The notes beneath the pieces are model-generated. The model saw only the letters and a program-made list of their open reading frames with translations, did no database searches and was not told the origin of the DNA. Below are positions 1-8,009 of a stretch of DNA of 64,000 nt, piece after piece. Both the position numbers and the translations under genes were made by a program. The stretch lies in IMG/VR virus record IMGVR_UViG_3300035684_000001, positions 32,001 through 96,000 of that record, one strand, 5' to 3'. The stretch's first letter is position 1; each line of letters starts with the position of its first letter. Source of the stretch: a virus.

Positions 1-686
1 TAATAATCCCTGGGATTGACAAGATTTCCAGCGGATTGAATTGCTTGTCGAGCTCGCAGCATCGCTTCTGGAAGCGTCTCCGGTTCCTTCCCTTCAAACA
101 GCACTTCCGTATTGGCGACCGAATCGATCCAATTTATATCTTCGGAGATAATAGAGTATTCGCCGGGCCAAATATTCGTGGATACCTTGCCGGGGCGATC
201 AAGCCTGGCGGGTACTTCGCCCATATCGGAATTTTCATCTATATATAGATCGTAAATAGTCGTAGCAATTTCTCCGGCGATCGATTTAACCTCTGTCCCC
301 AGCGGAACTTTTGCCGGAATGCCGGAGACAATTGCATCGGGCGATCGTCGAAATACCAAATTGATTACGGGTCTTTCCGCCAAGCCCATCTCAACTCCGA
401 GCAATCGAAACCAGCGCACCCACAGGGAATCTGGGACTAAGTTGATTTCGTGACCGATTAAAGCGTGGAGGTAGGCGATCGCCCCCATAATTTGCCCGTG
501 CGCTGACAAAGGATTTCTAGAGCTAAACGGTGATTCAACCCCATCGATTGACTGCGCCAACATATCGAGCGAAGCAGCGTGAATCTTTTCAATGTTGACA
601 TTGTAGAGTTGAAACGAAGGAAGGATCGAGGGATCTTTTGCCAAGATCGCTTCTAATTGATAATGTCCAGAATATTTCTTAAACAT
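1..686 (-). CDS. Baseplate J-like protein (N-terminal part; runs off the left edge)
   Basis: Not in the ORF track. Hand translation from ATG at 686 is stop-free to position 1: MFKKYSGHYQLEAILAKDP...WIDSVANTEVLFEGKEPETLPEAMLRARQAIQSAGNLVNPRDY. The V-x-N...G-x-E-x-E-T...R...DY pattern is typical of baseplate J/gp47 proteins. Confidence 0.75.
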   Translation of the reverse strand, partial: MFKKYSGHYQLEAILAKDPSILPSFQLYNVNIEKIHAASLDMLAQSIDGVESPFSSRNPLSAHGQIMGAIAYLHALIGHEINLVPDSLWVRWFRLLGVEMGLAERPVINLVFRRSPDAIVSGIPAKVPLGTEVKSIAGEIATTIYDLYIDENSDMGEVPARLDRPGKVSTNIWPGEYSIISEDINWIDSVANTEVLFEGKEPETLPEAMLRARQAIQSAGNLVNPRDY

Positions 687-740
687 ATTGATTTGTCACG
701 AGAAACAATGTATTATAGTCCAAACTCAAACAATAAAACA

Positions 741-1076
741 ATGGACTCAATAATGTTGGATAGAATAATTGAACGCAAAATTGCATTACTCATTCCAAAT
801 ATTAATCAACTGACGATCTCCGAAATCAAGCTTTGCATTTTTGAAAACAGAAGACAAGAGACTCAAGCAGAAAATCTGCGAAGTGCGTGGCGCTGCGGTC
901 AGTCGATAGATCCGTCCCTAACAATCGAGCAAGAATTTACTTTGCACAAAAGTTCAACGATTGACGCTAACTCTAGTATTGAAGAGTTGAAATCAATACT
1001 TATTAGAGAAATAGAAACTTCTTTGAGGAGACAATTGCAAACCGAATCTTGGATGGCTATCGGAGGGCAAGCGTAA
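741..1076 (+). CDS. Hypothetical protein
   Basis: ORF 657-1076; start moved to ATG 741 (aaaacaATG context, avoids overlap with the divergent J gene). Stop overlaps the next start (TAATG). Confidence 0.6.
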   Translation: MDSIMLDRIIERKIALLIPNINQLTISEIKLCIFENRRQETQAENLRSAWRCGQSIDPSLTIEQEFTLHKSSTIDANSSIEELKSILIREIETSLRRQLQTESWMAIGGQA

Positions 1077-1561
1077 TGGGCGATCGCTTTGAAATTCCGG
1101 GATGCCCCGGATATAGTATAGACAAGTTTGGTAATGTTTATTCTAAAAAAGGAAATATCTTAAAGTTTCACCAAGAACGAAGAGGATACCGTCGGGTTTG
1201 TATTTTGAACAAAAAAGGTAATAAATCGCGATCGGTTTTGGTTCACCGACTGATGGCGGTAACTTTTTTAGGTTCTCCGCCGAGTCTTTCGCACCAAGTT
1301 CGACACCTAAACGGAGATCCAACCTGCAACAATATAGAAAACTTGGCGTGGGGAACTGCTAAAGACAATGCCAACGATAGAATTCGGCACGGGCGCAAAA
1401 CCGGAAAACCCTCTAGGTTCGGAATTCGAGAACGCCAAGAAATGCGTTCTTTGTGGAAGACTGGAATATCCATCAAGATTATTGCTACCATGTTTCAACT
1501 TTCAACATCCTACTGCCGAAAATTGATATACGAAACCGATCGCCCAACAACGTATGGGTAG
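1076..1561 (+). CDS. HNH endonuclease with C-terminal HTH-like DNA-binding segment
   Basis: VHRLMAVTFLG...VRHLNGDPTCNNIENLAWGT is a phage HNH motif. Confidence 0.9.
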   Translation: MGDRFEIPGCPGYSIDKFGNVYSKKGNILKFHQERRGYRRVCILNKKGNKSRSVLVHRLMAVTFLGSPPSLSHQVRHLNGDPTCNNIENLAWGTAKDNANDRIRHGRKTGKPSRFGIRERQEMRSLWKTGISIKIIATMFQLSTSYCRKLIYETDRPTTYG

Positions 1562-1904
1562 AACTAAGCGACGAGAAGGACACTGGAAAGAAGTCCTCTG
1601 GGCGCAGAAAATGCAGGTACGGGCGATTGGCAAACTTCCCAGCGCCGGGACGATCGTCCGCCAAACTGCTGCTTTTTGGGGAGTGACGGGCGATCGTGTC
1701 AACGAAAATATGTTGATTGCCATGCTCCGGCATCAGTACACCAATTACGATTCGCTGATCGAACAACTAAGAAAGAGGGTTGAAAAAAGAAAAAATCACA
1801 GGACGGTTTTTGCAGAAGCTTCAGAAATCCTCAAAAGTAATGCTAATATTGTTGCAAGGCGACTGTACAAAAAAGTGTTTGGATCAGCAAATAGTGGTCA
1901 ATAA
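1554..1904 (+). CDS. Hypothetical phage protein
   Basis: Coupled to the HNH stop; LRHQYTNYDSL motif followed by a basic helix. Confidence 0.7.
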   Translation: MGRTKRREGHWKEVLWAQKMQVRAIGKLPSAGTIVRQTAAFWGVTGDRVNENMLIAMLRHQYTNYDSLIEQLRKRVEKRKNHRTVFAEASEILKSNANIVARRLYKKVFGSANSGQ

Positions 1905-2115
1905 AAAACCGGGGGATTTCTATGGAAAACCAAACAACAAAGAGCCTGGAAATTACTGTGGTAATTGTTGGAACAAAGTCGTAATTAAACCTGGTTTACG
2001 AGGTTCAGTATGGTTAGAAGCATTGAACCGGAAGCCTATAAGGCTAGGATATTTGTGCAAAAAATGTCGTCTAAATTTTGAAAACGATGATTCTTTAGGC
2101 GGTTCTGTAAATTAA
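1894..2115 (+). CDS. Small zinc-ribbon protein
   Basis: CGNC...CKKC pairs; likely GTG start at 1894 within ORF 1780-2115. Confidence 0.6.
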   Translation: MVNKKPGDFYGKPNNKEPGNYCGNCWNKVVIKPGLRGSVWLEALNRKPIRLGYLCKKCRLNFENDDSLGGSVN

Positions 2116-2152
2116 ACTGTTATTTGCCCTCTTGTGACTACATTTTAAAATT

Positions 2153-2629
2153 ATGAAAGCACCGTTTGACTTCTTTTTTGTGCCAAAAGAATACTTAGAA
2201 ATTGATGATATTGACGTTAATGTTCAACACCTTTTCGATAAGGTCGCATCCCTAGAATTTTATAAAGCGATCAGCGCAATCGCCGAAAGATACAATATTG
2301 ACTATGTGTTAACAAGAACCTGCGTAATAAAAGTTAAGAAATCGCAACCTACATCTACGCTCAATTTGTATGCAATTTGTAAAAATGTCTTTGAGGGTGA
2401 TGAGGAAGATAATTGGGCAGCGCGACACTTAATTCTGCGTGTATATCTAATGTGTAAACTTTACTTACGGTCAAAATATTGCTCATTGTTACATCGCCAC
2501 ACTGGTAAATGCAAATTTTCCTTTCGGACCAGGCTCAAACAAACTAACCAGTACGCACATTTCAGCGAAGTTAGTTGCGTGGAAGTAGTGGTCGGGTGCC
2601 CCCGGTGCTTCTATCCACCTTCCGTTTGA
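2153..2629 (+). CDS. Hypothetical protein (3' end overlaps terL convergently)
   Basis: ATG ORF with plausible composition over the first ~105 aa; last 141 nt overlap terL. Confidence 0.5.
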   Translation: MKAPFDFFFVPKEYLEIDDIDVNVQHLFDKVASLEFYKAISAIAERYNIDYVLTRTCVIKVKKSQPTSTLNLYAICKNVFEGDEEDNWAARHLILRVYLMCKLYLRSKYCSLLHRHTGKCKFSFRTRLKQTNQYAHFSEVSCVEVVVGCPRCFYPPSV

Positions 2630-4510
2630 CTGTCGATCGCTCGTAATGAAGTGATACAAAAAATTTCCTTTGTCTTTGGCATTGTAGCTCAAGTCTTCAG
2701 GAAGGTGGAACAACCCTCGGTAGATCCGATCGCGGACGCTATCTAGTCCAAAGGTGCGGTCGATCGAGTAGATAGTAAACTCGGTTTCTTTCGCCGTACT
2801 CTTAACTTTCCGGGTAGTCCGCTTGAACTGTTCCTTCATGGAAACTTGATCGAAAAGATAAACTTGCCCCTTCTTTTGAACCCGATCGCCCTTCTTGGAC
2901 ACGCTCGCTCCCGTCGGCAAATGCAGGAGTGCATACTCCGTGGCCAGTTGAATTTCCGGTTCGGAATCCATGCCGATTAAATCGACTTCGTACTGTAGGG
3001 CGATCGCCTCGGCATCTTGGATCGTTCCGAGTTCTCCAAACCAAATGTTGTTCACTCTGGCGGTTTTCCACCAGTCATTTTTAGAACCATGAAAATTTAG
3101 ATACCATTTTTGAACGATTCCGTAATTCGGTCGCCCCTGATCTAGTCCCAGGACGGTTAAAGTAGGAATTTCGGCAAAATCGGGGTGCGATCGCCCGACG
3201 CAGCTCAGGAGTCTGCCCAGGTCAATCTTGCCGCCGGACAGAGAAATAGATTCTCCGAGCCTCTGCTGAATTTCATCTCTAGGGTTGTCCGTTGTGAACA
3301 ACCGTCGCAATCTTTCAGGCGCAGAAAACAGCAAAGATGCCAGCACCGGAAATTCAAGGGCTACTGTTTCGCGAACAATTTTGCGTTCCCGCGTCACTTC
3401 ATCGTTTAAATCTCTCAATGTAACACCCGATCTCGTACAAGCAAATTTTCCGTCGGTGATCGCATCTCTCGGTATTTCCTCGGTGCAGGACTGACAGCCT
3501 ATATAAGCCGAGTCGATTGCCCGCTCCTTGTCGTCTCCTTGTAGTTGCCAGTCTTCAGTGTTTGCTGGATTGGGCGATCGGTGGAACCACTTCAGCGGTC
3601 TGCCCGCAATATCGAAAAATCGCAGTTCTTCCGTGTCGGACTCTTTGAACAGAGCCGGACGCAAAAAATTGCCAGACTGGTTTTCGGTAGAAAAAGGAAC
3701 TAAAAATTGAGCGGTTTGGCAGTGGGGGCATTTAACCAGCCACTGAAAGGAATATTTTGCCCGTTTCATTTCAGAGTCGAGAATCGATCCTTCGTAGGAT
3801 GGAGTTGAACCGGCTCGGACAAGTTTGGTCGGCATTCGAGACGCGGCCATCCGACTGATGGCAATATCAAGTACGCCCTTGGGCCACAAGCTAAATTCGT
3901 CGGCTAAAATCGCGCAAGCTGTAAACGATCTGAGCGTAGCTGGGGCTTGTTCTGCTACAGTCTTTGATTTGACGCAGGCATAGAAAAACGAAATCTTTGT
4001 GCCGGCAACCGTTATCGAGGTTTTGTTGTCTATGTCTTCGCGCCCTGTCGCCCCGTGCCGATCACGGTTCAATTTCTGAATTGGCTCGCAGTAGTCTAGC
4101 GCTGGCTGAATCCGGGAGCCAACCATGTCCCGAAGTTTTTGTTGTTCCTCAAATCCAAAACCGATGGGTGATCGCAGGTAGCCGGCATAGAATTCGGCTG
4201 TGGCGACCAATCCTTCAGAGTAACCTACTTGAGCAGCTTTTTTAATGACTTCTTTTTCTAGCCAGGGACAGCCTATTGCCAGATAAACCTCTTCTAAAAA
4301 TACCTCGTCCCAAGAAAGCGGTTCTCCAGAACTTGTTCGGTGGTGTTCTTTGACCCACTGCAAGTAAACGTCGCCTCCCCCGTCGTACCAGCTAGCGATT
4401 GCTGCTTCGCGGGCGATCGCTGTCTCATCGACAAACTTTTCTCTCTGTTTTTTGTTAGACTTTTTTTGGCGGGCGATCGCCCGCGAGGCGCGACCTAAAC
4501 TGGGAGCCAT
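2489..4510 (-). CDS. terL: Phage terminase large subunit, GpA (lambda)-type
   Basis: KAAQVGYSE Walker A, ILADE Walker B, GSTPS coupling motif, CPHC/CQSC zinc ligands, LGLDQG nuclease motif. Confidence 0.92.
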   Translation of the reverse strand: MAPSLGRASRAIARQKKSNKKQREKFVDETAIAREAAIASWYDGGGDVYLQWVKEHHRTSSGEPLSWDEVFLEEVYLAIGCPWLEKEVIKKAAQVGYSEGLVATAEFYAGYLRSPIGFGFEEQQKLRDMVGSRIQPALDYCEPIQKLNRDRHGATGREDIDNKTSITVAGTKISFFYACVKSKTVAEQAPATLRSFTACAILADEFSLWPKGVLDIAISRMAASRMPTKLVRAGSTPSYEGSILDSEMKRAKYSFQWLVKCPHCQTAQFLVPFSTENQSGNFLRPALFKESDTEELRFFDIAGRPLKWFHRSPNPANTEDWQLQGDDKERAIDSAYIGCQSCTEEIPRDAITDGKFACTRSGVTLRDLNDEVTRERKIVRETVALEFPVLASLLFSAPERLRRLFTTDNPRDEIQQRLGESISLSGGKIDLGRLLSCVGRSHPDFAEIPTLTVLGLDQGRPNYGIVQKWYLNFHGSKNDWWKTARVNNIWFGELGTIQDAEAIALQYEVDLIGMDSEPEIQLATEYALLHLPTGASVSKKGDRVQKKGQVYLFDQVSMKEQFKRTTRKVKSTAKETEFTIYSIDRTFGLDSVRDRIYRGLFHLPEDLSYNAKDKGNFLYHFITSDRQSNGRWIEAPGAPDHYFHATNFAEMCVLVSLFEPGPKGKFAFTSVAM

Positions 4511-4530
4511 AGGCTGTATGGTAAAATTTA
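4448..4530. repeat. Copy 1 of an ~80-bp duplicated segment (terL first codons plus divergent promoter region)
   Basis: ttagactttttttggcgggcgatcgcccgcgaggcgcgacctaaactgggagccataggc aligns with 5214-5296 at offset 766. Confidence 0.9.
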
Positions 4531-4550
4531 GTAAAGTTTAAGGAAACAAT

Positions 4551-5198
4551 ATGCAAATGCAAAAGGTCAAATTATTTTTTGGAATTCACGAGGTGGCAAA
4601 ATCACCGGAACATATTATAAGCATAGCTGATAGACAAAAAGCACTTGATACTATAAATGAGAGGATAAATGAAATCATGTCACAAAGAACTTCTAATTTA
4701 TTTTTGTCAGGAGTTATAGACCCTCTTGATAAATGCAGAGATTGTACTTGGTTTCACTTACATAGTAAATTTTGTGCTGTTGCTCCACAAAATTTAACAA
4801 ACACTGAATGTAAAGATCGCAAAACCCCTGAACTATCTTCCAGTATCGATCGCCTCGATTATTTAGAATCTCGATCGCCCGAAAGGATTGCATTAGTCCG
4901 AGATGTAGCTAGAAGAATTGGCAGAAGCCCGGAAGAGTTAGAGCGAAAATTTCACGAAGCTTGGGCAAAAAATCCAGGGTCGTTCGATCGGCAGACAATA
5001 GAAATACTGGCAGAAATAAAAAAGATTGGAGGTTATTCAATTGCTCAAGTAGAATTGATTGGTGATGGTATCAGGGGAGCTTCGCAACGTTTCACTACAC
5101 ACGCTCATGCTTTAGATGTAAAAAATATAGTTCTTGCTGGTCATGAATTTCACGATATTATTTATCAAATGCTTTTGACATTGCCAGGTTATTTCTAA
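4551..5198 (+). CDS. Hypothetical protein with Cys cluster (CxxC...C...C)
   Basis: 215-aa ATG ORF; KCRDCTWF...FCAVAP...ECK. Confidence 0.75.
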   Translation: MQMQKVKLFFGIHEVAKSPEHIISIADRQKALDTINERINEIMSQRTSNLFLSGVIDPLDKCRDCTWFHLHSKFCAVAPQNLTNTECKDRKTPELSSSIDRLDYLESRSPERIALVRDVARRIGRSPEELERKFHEAWAKNPGSFDRQTIEILAEIKKIGGYSIAQVELIGDGIRGASQRFTTHAHALDVKNIVLAGHEFHDIIYQMLLTLPGYF

Positions 5199-5213
5199 GG
5201 ATGCAACTCTAAA

Positions 5214-5296
5214 TTTTTTATTAGACTTTTTTTGGCGGGTGATCGCCCGCGAAGCGCCACCTAAACTGGGAGTCATAGGCGGTGTAGTAAAATTAA
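5214..5296. repeat. Copy 2 of the duplicated terL 5' segment
   Basis: Encodes MTPSLGGASRAITRQKKSNKK versus terL MAPSLGRASRAIARQKKSNKK. Confidence 0.9.
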
Positions 5297-5316
5297 TCAA
5301 TCACATACAAACTACC

Positions 5317-6300
5317 ATGTTAATTGGATTTAGTGTTGAAAACCACAGGTCTTTTAAAGAAGCGGCAAGCTTAGTCTCTATCGATGAATTAAAAAAGCCC
5401 CTAAAATTTTCTTTCCTTTTTGGTGCAAACAATTCAGGCAAGACTAATTTTATTCGGGCGATCGAAGCAATGACAATGATGCGATTTTGTCTTTTCTGTT
5501 GTTTGCCATTTAAAATGGACGACATATCTAAAAATGAGTCATCATTTTTTGAGATTGTTATTTTAGCAGAATCAGGCGATCGTATTCAGTATGGATTTAA
5601 AGTTAAAGATGATCGGATAGAAGAAGAATGGTTGTACAAATATCATCCTTCTGATGACGTAGATACGCCTATTATTTTGTTTGAAAGATTTGCTTTTGTT
5701 GCAATGGGACGGTATCAGGAAGACTTGTTGGATACCCAGCCATTTTTAAACAAAACATCAATTTTTGAGGCTAAGCTAGTTCGAGAATTTTTTGATTCAA
5801 TTTATTTTGCATTTTCTACAAATAAAAACGATCTTGACGAGGACATTTTTGACTTTGTAAATAACAGCCCCACGCTGAAATCTCGATTGTCCGATCTGAT
5901 GTCAAGGATAGATTTGCCAATTCCAGATTCTTCTTTGGAATTACCTACCTCAAGAGGATTTGATGAAGCTTTTGGATTTTTGAATTTATTGTTATTTGCA
6001 GAAGCAAAAAAAATCAAACTTCTTGCGATCGACAATTTTGGAGAAAACCTGCATCCACTCTTAGCGAGTGAGTTAATAAATATAGCAAAGTCGATATCAG
6101 GTTTGCAGTTAATTATCTCGACACATCAAACAAGGTTGATAGATGAAGTGTCGCCTTGGGCTATATGGTTTGTTGAAAAAGATAACAAACAATCGTCTAC
6201 GCTCACGGGACTTGTAGAATATAAACTTAAGCCCGACAGCATTTCACAAAAATATTTAAATGGATTGTATGGCGACACTCCATTTGTTACTATTAGGTAA
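5317..6300 (+). CDS. ABC-type (AAA_21/RloA-like) ATPase
   Basis: Start MLIGFSVENHRSFK at ATG 5317; Walker A GANNSGKT; Walker B LLAIDNF...LHP; H-switch IISTH; C-terminal YLNGLYG. Confidence 0.85.
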   Translation: MLIGFSVENHRSFKEAASLVSIDELKKPLKFSFLFGANNSGKTNFIRAIEAMTMMRFCLFCCLPFKMDDISKNESSFFEIVILAESGDRIQYGFKVKDDRIEEEWLYKYHPSDDVDTPIILFERFAFVAMGRYQEDLLDTQPFLNKTSIFEAKLVREFFDSIYFAFSTNKNDLDEDIFDFVNNSPTLKSRLSDLMSRIDLPIPDSSLELPTSRGFDEAFGFLNLLLFAEAKKIKLLAIDNFGENLHPLLASELINIAKSISGLQLIISTHQTRLIDEVSPWAIWFVEKDNKQSSTLTGLVEYKLKPDSISQKYLNGLYGDTPFVTIR

Positions 6301-6314
6301 TTTGTGAAAAAATA

Positions 6315-6965
6315 ATGGAAAAAATACCTTGGGACAAACCAATTCCGGGTGAGTCAGCAAAAGCTTACGAGGCTTTTTCGATTTACCGCGATATGGGGGT
6401 CGGTCGAAGTTTAGACTCTGCATGGTGGAGTTCGACGGATACAGGTAAGAAAGGGGAAGAAAAAGGAACCAAAAAAGCACCGGGAAATTGGAAAAAATGG
6501 TCTACACAAAATAAGTGGCGATCGCGCTGCAAAGCTTATGACGATCGCCAAGCTGAAATAAAACGCAGAATCAAAGAAGAAGAAGGAACCGATCAATACA
6601 GGACTGAAATAAGAGAGGACTTACAACTTCGCAGAGAAAGAATAAAAGCGTTAAGGCAAGAACAATGGGAAATTGGGTGCAAACTCCAAGAATTAGCAAA
6701 AGCCGGTATCAAAGCATTGAGTAAAACTCCCGATAAAATGTCTGGCGCTGATATTGTTAAAACATTGCAACTGGCGATCGAGCTTAAGAAAGAATCTCTG
6801 GGTGTAACTAAAATGCCGGCGTTGGAGGCAATTACCACTCTTGCAGATGAAGGTCTACTGCCACCAGAAATAATTGAGTTTTTTGAAGAAATTATAAACG
6901 AACCGATCGCCCTAACATCAGAAAAAATTTCCGAACTTTACATTGAAAGGCTAAAAAATGAGTAG
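6315..6965 (+). CDS. terS: Putative terminase small subunit
   Basis: PW...PGESAKAYEAFSIYRDMG..RSL...WS....W..R..AYD, followed by a coiled coil; typical of terS-like proteins. Confidence 0.7.
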   Translation: MEKIPWDKPIPGESAKAYEAFSIYRDMGVGRSLDSAWWSSTDTGKKGEEKGTKKAPGNWKKWSTQNKWRSRCKAYDDRQAEIKRRIKEEEGTDQYRTEIREDLQLRRERIKALRQEQWEIGCKLQELAKAGIKALSKTPDKMSGADIVKTLQLAIELKKESLGVTKMPALEAITTLADEGLLPPEIIEFFEEIINEPIALTSEKISELYIERLKNE

Positions 6966-7296
6966 AAATCTTTGCACTTCTAGTTGCTGCGAAAATACGG
7001 TCAGGCTTTCTGATTTGCGCGGACGGGCGATCGAGTTTCGACGGTATGGCAATGACCCGCCAAATATTGGTACTAGGTGGGATTGCCCTACCTGTCAGAC
7101 TGCATACTTTGCTATCTGGAGAGATGCTCAGTATTCTTGGAATCCGGGCGCGCGATCGCTGTTATCTCGAGGATTTGTGATAGATCTGAGTTACTACGAA
7201 TCATTCAACGACGAACACGGAGATTTATCCAGAATGGATAATCCAAGTCATCTATGTCTTGACGATGCAGAAGACATTCAAGAAATCTGGGAATAG
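6958..7296 (+). CDS. Hypothetical zinc-binding protein
   Basis: CTSSCC and CPTC motifs; overlaps the terS stop. Confidence 0.7.
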   Translation: MSRNLCTSSCCENTVRLSDLRGRAIEFRRYGNDPPNIGTRWDCPTCQTAYFAIWRDAQYSWNPGARSLLSRGFVIDLSYYESFNDEHGDLSRMDNPSHLCLDDAEDIQEIWE

Positions 7297-7298
7297 AA

Positions 7299-7327
7299 AA
7301 ACCTTGGCAGGATCAGTGCCAAGGTTT
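7299..7327. terminator. Hairpin AAACCTTGGCA-N7-TGCCAAGGTTT
   Basis: Perfect 11-bp inverted repeat between convergent transcription units. Confidence 0.7.
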
Positions 7328-7395
7328 AAGAAATGTATCGTCCGCTGCAAACGAAACGACAACTTATATTACCACAATTAGCACGGGTTTGTAAA

Positions 7396-7560
7396 TTAAA
7401 TTGAGTCGCGCCAAATGTCTAATTTTTCTCTAATTTATCCCAATGCACACAATCCAATACTTTTCATTTGCAGTATTTCGTCATCACTGAGCGCAGCAAG
7501 TTTTTCTACAAAGTTTATTCCCGCTCTTTTACAAATATTGTAGACACGCACTGATAGACT
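7396..7560 (-). pseudogene. RNA polymerase alpha-subunit C-terminal-domain-like protein, pseudogene
   Basis: Hand translation SLSVRVYNICKRAGINFVEKLAALSDDEILQMKSIGLCALG*IREKLDIWRDSI* matches the alpha-CTD consensus LSVRAYNCLKRAGINTV...LL...G..SL.EI.EKL. In-frame TAA at 7435-7437; no in-frame ATG upstream of the domain. Confidence 0.8.
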
Positions 7561-7650
7561 GATAGATTTAAAACCACCAATGGTGTTCCTTGTTCTTAGA
7601 TCGCGCCGTGGATGGATTCAAAATGGGCGATCGCTGCCTGCAATTTTACA

Positions 7651-7857
7651 TCAATTTGTTTGATGTTCATTATTTATCTCCGTAGATGTATTTTTTGTGA
7701 GTGATTGACGATACTTTGATAGTTGAAGAAGCAAGTTTTTATGTAGATTATTTCGATCTTCTATCTCCTTAAGATACCGTGAAAAATCGTCACAAATTCT
7801 TGAGATATTGGCAAGAGCTTTCATTGTTTTTGCTTTATTAATTTGTTCGCTGTTCAT
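7651..7857 (-). CDS. Hypothetical coiled-coil protein
   Basis: ATG ORF translationally coupled to the upstream ORF (ATGA overlap). Confidence 0.65.
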   Translation of the reverse strand: MNSEQINKAKTMKALANISRICDDFSRYLKEIEDRNNLHKNLLLQLSKYRQSLTKNTSTEINNEHQTN

Positions 7858-8006
7858 AGTTTATCTCGGTAGGTGTATTTTTGCTTGTGTCCTTGTCCGC
7901 GTTTCCTGCTTAACTTTTTCTGGATAGTCTCCAGCGAATCCCCTTCCTTGTAAACGCCATCTTTGATAGCCAAATTTTTTAGAATTTGGGCGATCGTCTC
8001 ATCCAT
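7854..8006 (-). CDS. Small hypothetical protein (50 aa, MDETIAQILKNLAIKDG...)
   Basis: Hand-translated; below the ORF-track cutoff; fills the gap between coupled genes. Confidence 0.55.
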   Translation of the reverse strand: MDETIAQILKNLAIKDGVYKEGDSLETIQKKLSRKRGQGHKQKYTYRDKL

Positions 8007-8009
8007 ATT

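Noticed and set aside
5112-5300. 62-aa ORF as a functional gene
   Set aside because: It is the duplicated terL start running into the antisense strand of the neighbouring gene.
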